Below, piece after piece: positions 40,891 through 52,000 of a DNA stretch of 64,000 bases. The notes beneath the pieces are model-generated. The model did not search any database. It saw only the letters and a list, made by a program, of their open reading frames with translations, and was not told the DNA's origin. Position 1 is the stretch's first letter. Every line of letters begins with the position of its first letter. The stretch is from Macrostomum lignano (taxonomy: Eukaryota), in NCBI GenBank assembly GCA_002269645.1, contig NIVC01002733.1, positions 1 to 64,000 on the forward strand, in the 5' to 3' direction. The translations under genes were made by a program, and so were the position numbers.

Positions 40891-41479
40891 CTTCTCTCAG
40901 CCTCTCACCCACACTATGAAAGGAGAATCTCGTTAAGCGTAGAAGCAGAAGAAGCCCATGCAATCCTTGGGTTCAGCAGGCAGCGCCATGCAATGCCGCC
41001 ATGACCCCAGATAGATTTCAAACCAGCTGAAAAATCCATGTGAGTAAACACAGACAGCTTACTCGAGAATTTTTTTCAATAAGAGTTTCGTGTTCTTAAC
41101 GCCAGCAAAGCCCCGTTTATCACGCGATAAATTAATTAGTTAAATTATTTTTTTCTTTAGCGATTGATAGCAGCTGGATTGATGGCAATAGATGGCACGC
41201 GCCACTGATGCAGCTGATAAATAGTATGTTCTGCCCGAACTTAATTTGTTTAACCATGAACCAAATGCAGAACGCCATGCCAGTTGAAGGAAAATTATAA
41301 TTTTGCATACATGCAGTATATAATATTATTTTCAGTGCTGAATGTAATGCTACATTTCTGTGCCTCTAAAGAACGTACAGATCGTGCACAGGATAAAAAA
41401 GGTCGATAATAATGGATTCTATTGCAAGGAACTCCCGGGTCCCGCCCAATTCCCAAAATCCCAGGGCCCCAAGTCTGAA

Positions 41480-42085
41480 GTCACGACATCCCTAGATCCC
41501 GACATCCCCAGATCCCAACACCTCCAGATTCCGACATCCCCAGATCCCGACATCTCCAGATCCCAACATCCCCAGATTCCGACATCCCCAGACTCCGACA
41601 TCCCCAGATCCCAACATCTCCAGATTCCCACATCTCCAGATCCCGACATCCCAGATCCCGACATCCCCAACTCCGACGTCCCCAGATTCCGACATCCCCA
41701 GATTCCGACATTCCCAGATCCCAACACTCCCAGATTCCGACATCTCCAGATTCCCTCATCTCCAGATCCCGACATCCCAGATCCCGACATCCCCAACTCC
41801 CGACGTCCCCAGATTCCGATATCCCCAGATCCCCACATTCCCAGATCCCGACACTCTTAGATCCCGAAATCCGCAGATCCCAACATTCCCAGATTCCCAC
41901 ATCACCAGATCCCGACATTTTTAGATCCCGACATCCGCAGATCCCGAAATCCCCAGATCCCGACATTCCCAGATTCCCATCCCACATCCCCAGATATCGA
42001 TTCCCGACATCTCCAGATTGCGAAATTTCCCGATCCCGACATCCCTAGATCTTGACATTCTCAAATCCCAACATCCCCAGCTCCC
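41480..42085. repeat. ~16-bp degenerate minisatellite (CATCCCCAGATCCCGA)
   Basis: Lies just 3' of the KChIP-like stop codon. Confidence 0.9.
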
Positions 42086-42090
42086 AAAAG

Positions 42091-43353
<1,263 letters not shown>

Positions 43354-43424
43354 GGGTGACTTTTGACTCCAGCACAGGCTGCCTATGGATGCAAATTACG
43401 AGGTAAATTTTGACGCCATTTTCG

Positions 43425-43720
43425 GCTATGAATTATGGCGCCACTTTAATCTATGAATTTTGGCGCCATTTTAATCTATGAATTTTGGCGCCATTTTAAT
43501 TTATGAATTTTGGCGCCATTGTAATTTATGAATTTTGGCGCCATTTTCAGCAAAGAATTTTGGCGCCAATTTAATCTATGAATTTAGGCGCCATTTTCAG
43601 CAATGAATTTTGGCGCTATTTTTGTTTTTGAATTTCTGGGCCATTTTTATCTATTAATTTTTGCGCCATTTTTGTCTGTTGAATTTTGGCGCTATTTTAT
43701 CTACGAATTTTGACGCTACG
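43425..43720. repeat. ~25-bp degenerate minisatellite (TTTGGCGCCATTTTAATCTATGAAT)
   Basis: Direct repetition. Confidence 0.85.
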
Positions 43721-44429
43721 AGCTATTTTCGTCTATGAAGTTTTGCACCATTAGTTTTGTTTAAATTTTCGTAAAATTTGACTTATTGTAATTGCATGCA
43801 GCAATTTTACTTAAACGCCAAATCGTGTCCACACACAGCAGCTCTCTTTATCTTCGTTGTTAAAACATCCCACAAAAAATTTAAATTTTCCTAACCAGAA
43901 ACCAGTTCAGCGAGTACCGTCATTCTCGTTGTCAAGTTCGTTTCCTAGAAACAAAATTAGCAATTCAAATTGGCGCGGTATACTTTTAATTAAACTGAAC
44001 TGTAAAATTCTTACTCCGGGGCTGGGGCTCGTCTAAATAATTGAAGCTTTCTAAGAAAGCTACTGGTGCTGAGCTAATGTAACCATTTTTCTGGATCGAA
44101 AATGTACTGAAATACATTTGTAAGAGCCTATAGTTGCAATCCAACCCTTGAAAACAGATAGCAGCAAAAAACCTTGGCTCGAAGTCCCCTGAGAATACCC
44201 AAGAGTTGCGTTGGCATCTGCGAGTGTGTAAAAATTGTGATATGCCTTCGAGAAATTAGCGTTTTTTGAAACCATGCAGCCATCCGATACCTTAAGGAAA
44301 TTGTAGTGTAGATGGTGCAAGCTTGTATTAGAAAATAATGCACTCGGATATGCACTGAGAAGGCTCTGAGTAGGGCATCTGAAGCATGTAAATATACTTG
44401 AGGGTAACGAAACTGCATCAGAAGGTATC

Positions 44430-44730
44430 GGAGGGTATTTTAGGGTATCGGAGGGTATGTGAGGATATTAGAGGTTATTTAAGGGTATTGGACCGTATCG
44501 GAGAGTATTAGAGAGTATTGGGGGTATTTAAGGGTATTGGAGGGTATTGGCGGGTATTGAAGGGTATTGGAGGGTATTGGAAAGGTATCGGAGGGTATGT
44601 GAGGGTATCGGAGGGAGGATATTAGAGATTATTTAAAGGACCGTATCGGAGAGTATTAAAGAGTATTGGAGGTAACAAACGGTATTGGGGGTATTTAAGG
44701 GTATTGGAGGGTATCGGAGGGTATCAGAAG
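44430..44730. repeat. ~10-bp degenerate repeat (GAGGGTATCG/GAGGGTATTG)
   Basis: Direct repetition. Confidence 0.8.
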
Positions 44731-45229
44731 TCGGATAAAATCATGTAAACTTCAATGCTACACTTACCAAAAGGAGTATATTGAAAGGAGATTTTTATAC
44801 TCAAACCGAACGCAAATCTGTTAAAGTGAAGTTTCACTCTCTCTACTCAACGAATTTACCAGCCAGTGCTCAAAAATATAGTTGCCAGAAGTGGATTTAA
44901 TACGAGCGCCTAAAGGACCAATCAGAGCTGCTCAAAAACACTTTATTGAGCTCTATTTCTAGATAGATAGATGAAGCATCGAGGTTTATCTGAAAGTACC
45001 TAAATAGCGCATATCAGCTCTCTATTTTGATAACACGCTAATCAGGGTCCATTGTGAAGCCAGTTCAATGTATTTCTAGCATCCACGAGCTGCATCTAGG
45101 CTTATGACTTGGGAAGTTTAAATTCCAAGCAAATTCTTATTCGCCTCAAAATGCTCGCAAATTTACTCATGTCCGACTTCTCATCGCACTTTTTGATATG
45201 CTCTGGCACCACTTCTCACTGAGCTCTTA

Positions 45230-45600
45230 CTTCATCTCTCTCTCTCTTCTCCTCCTGTCTCTCCCTCTTCTCCTCCCGTCTCTCTCTCTTTTCCTCCCGT
45301 CTCTCCCTCTTCTCCTCCCGTCTCTCCCTCTTCTCCTCCCATCTCTCCCTCCTCTCCTCACGTCTCTCCCTCTTCTCCTCCCGTCTCTCCCTCTTCTCCT
45401 CCCATCTCTCCCTCTTCTCCTCCCGTCTCTCCCTCTTCTCCTCCCGTCTCTCCCTCTTCTCCTCCCGTCTCTCTCTCTTCTCCTCCCGTCTCTCCCTCTT
45501 CTCCTCCTGTCTCTCCCTCTTCTCCTCACGTCTCTCCCTCTTCTCCTCCTGTCTCTCCCTCTTCTCCTCACGTCTCTCCCTCTTCTCCCCTCTCTTTCTT
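45230..45600. repeat. 21-bp pyrimidine minisatellite (TCTCCCTCTTCTCCTCCCGTC)
   Basis: Direct repetition. Confidence 0.92.
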
Positions 45601-46563
45601 CTCACTCCTTCTCTTTCTATCTTCTCTCTCAGTCTCCTCCCTCTCTTCTCTTTCTTCTCCCACTCTCTCCCTCCCTCTCTCTCTTTTTTATCTTTTTCTT
45701 TCCCTCTCTTTTCTTATCTCTTTTTCTCTGTTTTTCTCTCACCCCTCTCTCCCCGGCTCTCCCTCTTTTCTCTCCCTTTCTCTCGTCTTCTCTTCATTTC
45801 TCTATAATTTCTGTCTTTATTCTACTTTTCTTTTCATTTTACGATCAAACATCTCTTTTCAAGTTTATTTGATTAATTTGTCTTAGGCATTTACCTTCGG
45901 GAAGCGGGGAGCCAATTCCCTCTGCCACTGTGTAATTTGCTAGCTACCCACTAAGCAGTACGTAGCTAGGCACTTGTCCTGCCTTTCTGTGTGAGACTTT
46001 ATATTTATGCAGAACTTTATTGCTCAGTATAGTAGTAGAAAGAACAACAGGTAGAGAGTATCCATGCCTGCCAAAAATAAAGCCGATTATGTGTCCCAGC
46101 TGGATTCTTGTCTCATATTGCTAACAAAAGCTACTCGTGCAGACAGAACTGCACCTTTCACAGTGGTGTGTTTACTTTAATCATAACAATAAGAATCTGC
46201 TGTAGACGTTGTGCTGTAGAATCGGTTTTTTGCCATAGACATACAACCGAGAAACCACCGCGCTCTAAAAGGTTACACTACAGAGATGGAATTGAGATAT
46301 TGGACTCATGTCGAACGCTAACACTAAAAACTTTGTACTATAAATCCAATTAGGTTAGATCCCTGAGAATTCTAAACGAAAAACTGGCTAAATTATTAAT
46401 TCACACAGCTCGACTCGACACTCTGCATGCAATCTCATCGCACAGATCTACTTGGAGTAGAGTGTGCTAAAAAATAAGCAAAAACGTGAAAAATACAAAG
46501 CAGTTATTAAAGTAATGAAGCGCAACTTCAAGGTGCGTTTCAGTGTTCTTTAATTAATTATTC

Positions 46564-46709
<146 letters not shown>

Positions 46710-46779
46710 TCGAATAAATGTTTTGTAAAGCTGATCGTTTATATAGGCTTAGCAAGTGCAAAAAATCAAAAAGTGAATA

Positions 46780-48520
46780 AAAAACCTAAATCATATTGAA
46801 TCAGGGGAGGCAGCACAAAACTCAGGGATTAAAACGTGAATCAAAAGCCAAATCATATTGAATCAGGTAAAGCAGCACAAAACTCAGGGATTAAAACGTG
46901 AATCAAAAGCCAAATCATATTGAATCAGGTAAAGCAGCACAAAACTCAGGGATTAAAACGTGAATCAAAAACCAAATCATATTGAATCAGGTAAAGCAGC
47001 ACAAAACTCAGGGATTATAACGTGAATCAAAAACCAAATCATATTGAATCAGGGAGAGCAGCACAAAACTCAGGGATTATAACGTGAATCAAAAACCAAA
47101 TCATATTGAATCAGGGAGAGCAGCACAAAACTCAGGGATTATAACGTGAATCAAAAACCAAATCATATTGAATCAGGGAGAGCAGCACAAAACTCAGGGA
47201 TTATAACGTGAATCAAAAACCAAATCATATTGAATCAGGGAGAGCAGCACAAAACTCAGGGATTATAACGTGAATCAAAAACCAAATCATATTGAATCAG
47301 GGAGAGCAGCACAAAACTCAGGGATTATAACGTGAATCAAAAACCAAATCATATTGAATCAGGGAGAGCAGCACAAAACTCAGGGATTATAACGTGAATC
47401 AAAAACCAAATCATATTGAATCAGGGAGAGCAGCACAAAACTCAGGGATTATAACGTGAATCAAAAACCAAATCATATTGAATCAGGTAAAGCAGCACAA
47501 AACTCAGGGATTAAAACGTGAATCAAAAACCAAATCATATTGAATCAGGTAAAGCAGCACAAAACTCAGGGATTATAACGTGAATCAAAAACCAAATCAT
47601 ATTGAATCAGGGAGAGCAGCACAAAACTCAGGGATTATAACGTGAATCAAAAACCAAATCATATTGAATCAGGGAGAGCAGCACAAAACTCAGGGATTAT
47701 AACGTGAATCAAAAACCAAATCATATTGAATCAGGGAGAGCAGCACAAAACTCAGGGATTATAACGTGAATCAAAAACCAAATCATATTGAATCAGGGAG
47801 AGCAGCACAAAACTCAGGGATTATAACGTGAATCAAAAACCAAATCATATTGAATCAGGGAGAGCAGCACAAAACTCAGGGATTATAACGTGAATCAAAA
47901 ACCAAATCATATTGAATCAGGGAGAGCAGCACAAAACTCAGGGATTATAACGTGAATCAAAAACCAAATCATATTGAATCAGGGAGAGCAGCACAAAACT
48001 CAGGGATTATAACGTGAATCAAAAACCAAATCATATTGAATCAGGGAGAGCAGCACAAAACTCAGGGATTATAACGTGAATCAAAAACCAAATCATATTG
48101 AATCAGGGAGAGCAGCACAAAACTCAGGGATTATAACGTGAATCAAAAACCAAATCATATTGAATCAGGGAGAGCAGCACAAAACTCAGGGATTATAACG
48201 TGAATCAAAAACCAAATCATATTGAATCAGGGAGAGCAGCACAAAACTCAGGGATTATAACGTGAATCAAAAACCAAATCATATTGAATCAGGGAGAGCA
48301 GCACAAAACTCAGGGATTATAACGTGAATCAAAAACCAAATCATATTGAATCAGGGAGAGCAGCACAAAACTCAGTGATTATAACGTGAATCAAAAACCA
48401 AATCATATTGAATCAGGGAGAGCAGCACAAAACTCAGGGATTATAACGTGAATCAAAAACCAAATCATATTGAATCAGGGAGAGCAGCACAAAACTCAGG
48501 CACTAAAGCGTGAATCAAAA
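46780..48520. repeat. 62-bp satellite, ~28 near-identical copies
   Basis: Unit AAAACCAAATCATATTGAATCAGGGAGAGCAGCACAAAACTCAGGGATTATAACGTGAATCA; 62-bp period checked (47041 to 47103). Confidence 0.97.
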
Positions 48521-49095
48521 AGTGAAATCAAGTGAATCCAGTAAAACATAAAACAATGCAATCTTTTTTTTGTTTTTAAAACGGCCTAAACATAAATATG
48601 GCAGTGAGAGAAAATCCTTGACATATTTAAACTGAGAGACTGACGGATTTATGGATGCTAAAGTGACCAAAGTCAGCTTGAGAACTTAGTTAACAGAACA
48701 GCTGGAAGAGAAGTCTTTGATTTCCATAAATTTCAGTGCCGCATACAGACAAATGAAGTCGGCACTACTGATAAGTAGAAAGTTTAGCTTTTATAGGGCC
48801 ACCTATCAAAATCAGGATAATGTTGTCAAGGCTATTCTGTCACGTGCTATCTGGATTTATGTAGACATGATTGGGCACTATTGTTGATAAAGCACGAAAA
48901 CGTACTCGTAAAATTAGAAAAAGTTGGATAGAATAATCTTTAGAAAAAAGATGACGTCATAATCATATCATCCTTTAAAAGAATAAACCAATATCTCCTC
49001 GAGAAAATTTTCGCTGCAAGAATATTTGTCATAAAAATTTGTCAATGCGTAAGCAAAAAGCGCTTTTCTTTAAAAAACTTTTTACTGAAGAAATT

Positions 49096-52000
49096 TTAGC
49101 TCTTTCGTTTCTGATGTCTTCCCTTTTTGGATTTATTCGCTATGAGTGGTCTTTTGCAGCAAGCTAGCTTGCATGTGCAGGGCCACTGGTTGAAGTTCGG
49201 TGGCGGGAAGTTGCCGTCATTTAATATATGCTTTATTGTATTAGCCAAGTTTGATTCAGAGACCGGATTTTCAGAAAAATACTCCCTGAGAGCATTGACT
49301 GTGCACTCCAACCAGGTTATCGCAGCGTCTGAATGCTTTTTATCAGTAGCGACCAGCGGCAGCATGAGGGCTTCAGCTCTGCCACGAGCGATCGCTGCGG
49401 CGGTTTTTATCAGGAGTTGACTGATGCTGCCTTTTGTTTTCTCGTTTACATATGCAATTGCCTCTGCCCTTTCCATGGCCTCTTTGTACAAGTTTGGAAC
49501 GGTTTTCCAATAATTACATCCACCTTCTAAATCGATTCTGGTGCGGTTGTAAATTAATCGCTGTCTCTGCAAATGGTAAAGCGTTCTCAACCGCTTCCTG
49601 ATATGTGTTGCGGCCAGTGTCGCATTGACGCCATTTGGGTAATTTTGCCGCCTACCAAATGGATGCCCAACTCTCCTAAAAAAATATTGCGCACTGCTTC
49701 TGCATGCGACTGCTCCGTTGAACTTGCAGCATTCTTCATGGATTTCGGATTTTTTCTCGGCTGTCAAAAACTTCTCGAGATCGCTCTGTCCTGTGTCTGT
49801 ATATTTTTGTCGATTGCTATTCTGTTCCTTCTGGACATCTTCCACTGAAGCCCAAATGTGAAAGTCAGGATTGTCACATGTAGGCTTAGCGTATGCGCCG
49901 CAACGTTTGAACCTGGGCACAAGAAGGTCAAATACTATTTTTCTAAACTTGAATTCTTCGTATATTTCCGCGTTTTTATTCTTTTTGTCGTTGCTTTTCT
50001 TTGTATTCTCAGCGCTATTTAGAGCCAATGTTGTAGTCGTCTTTTTTGCTTTTTTACTTGTCGGTTCCTCAATCATTTGCAATACGTCTCTTAGCGAAAC
50101 TGTTGTACAGTTTGGTTGGTTGGAATCATTTTGAGGAAAAAAACTTTCTTTTAAAGTTTGAAACATTCCCTTTCCTTCTGCCAGGTCGCTGAAATGATCT
50201 TCTAGCTCCCTTTTCTCAATATCCGTGACCGGATTTTTATACACAAGCTCCTCGCAAAAGAAAGCAACAGGCTGGATCGGGCTCTCCACTTTGAGCACAA
50301 AATACACCGGCATTCTCTTTGCTTCATTGCTCTTTTCAGCATTTAGTGCGAACTCTAAAGTGTGACCATCTGGATGCCGCAGTTCAAAGTCCCTTCCCTC
50401 TGTAGGCACGGGCATAGCAGCCGCCAGCTCGACTGCGCCGTCCCAGAACTCTCTGCAGTCTTTGCAGTCTTTTTCCACGAAGCTGTGAATGACGCACGGC
50501 TCACTTTCACGGGTGAACGGACTGTCCGTCAACCCGACACCCTTGGCGCACAGGGACGTCATGCCCTCCTGATGTCCGGCACGGATCTGCAGCAGGGTGC
50601 GAACGGATCTGTGCACCATCGGTTCGGCTGTGTCCTTATTAAACTGGATGCAGAATCCGATTTCACCTGCTGCTGAATTGTGGCACAGCAGCCGCAGAGG
50701 CCAATGGTGCACTTTTTTTCTATTTTTTCGTCTCCACACAGTCACAGGCTGGTCGTCAAGAAGTCTGAATTCCCCGTTGATGACTGCCAACTGGAGTCCC
50801 TGCCATTTGACCCACCCACCCGTGCTGCTGTCTTTGGTCAGCTTGTTTGAGCTAGTAGGTTCGTGGCCGAGTTCGGGGCAGTTGCTGAGCACATGAACGC
50901 TTTCTTCCTCTGCTGTGAATACCATTGGCACGTCTATCACAGGAAGCATATGAGCGATTGGCTGGCTACAATCCAGGTAAACGAGAACCACAACCTTAGA
51001 CACCGTCGTACTTATCAACTTCTGCTCAATTGCCACTGGCTGCTGGTCAACCACTACTTTCAACTCCTTGAGTCCCGAAACACTTCCATCTGGCAGGACT
51101 CTAGTCGCCACTGAAATAGACTTTCCTGCCGTTACTGAACTTCCTTCCTGACTTATGAGTTCCACTGTACGATTTTCCAACTCTCCTCTTACTCTGAGAT
51201 GCACTTCCACTGGCATAAGTGAGTCTTCTGATTCGTGAGTGCATTCGCAAATGTCCCACTTTTTATCCTCTGTCGTCAACTGAGATACGGTTGCGATGAG
51301 GTCAGCTCCATCAGTGACCAGCTGGGCTCCATCCGGTTTGTCTTTCTGCATGCTGAGGCTGCAGTTGTACAACTTGTTGTTGATGACTGCTTGCACAAGT
51401 GGCCGAACCTTCCAATCATGTTTTGAGTCTATATAAACAAGAGGTACATGAACGGGTGACTGCCACTCCCGCTTTTGATCATCAAGTTTCAAATGCAGAT
51501 TCCCAATACTCAAGTTCGAAACCCAGACTGCCGACATGCCTTCGCAGTGTTCGACCTTGAACCGGAGGGTGATGGAAGTGAACTGCTCAACTGCCACCTC
51601 ACCTTTGCAAACTCTGACGAAAAAGTCGCCAATCCGTTGGTCAACCTGGTCCGGCATTTGGCGCAGAATGTGCACCTTGTTTGTAACTATAATCTTGTAC
51701 GAAATGACTTCTTCTACAAAATTGAAGTCTTCGGAACATGCCAGTTGAAATTCTTTGAGTTCGTCTGACGACTTTGTCTTTGCTTTGAATTTAATGGTTT
51801 CACCATTTCTAGTCCACACTGCATCTTTCCGTTGAGCGTCTTGTACTTTTACGATCTTAGACGTTGAGAAAGTTTCTCCATCAAATTCAACTACAGATCC
51901 TTCTCTAGCAGTATTCTCATCAAATTGAAAGCTCAGCTGCAGCAACTGTTGCACTTTCTCCGGTGGTTTTAGGCTGGCCGGGTCACTCAATGTGTCTGAA

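Noticed and set aside
46780-48520. Regularly spaced repeats resembling a CRISPR array (also 60067-61024 and others)
   Set aside because: Units are head-to-tail with no unique spacers, there are no cas genes, and the context is eukaryotic.
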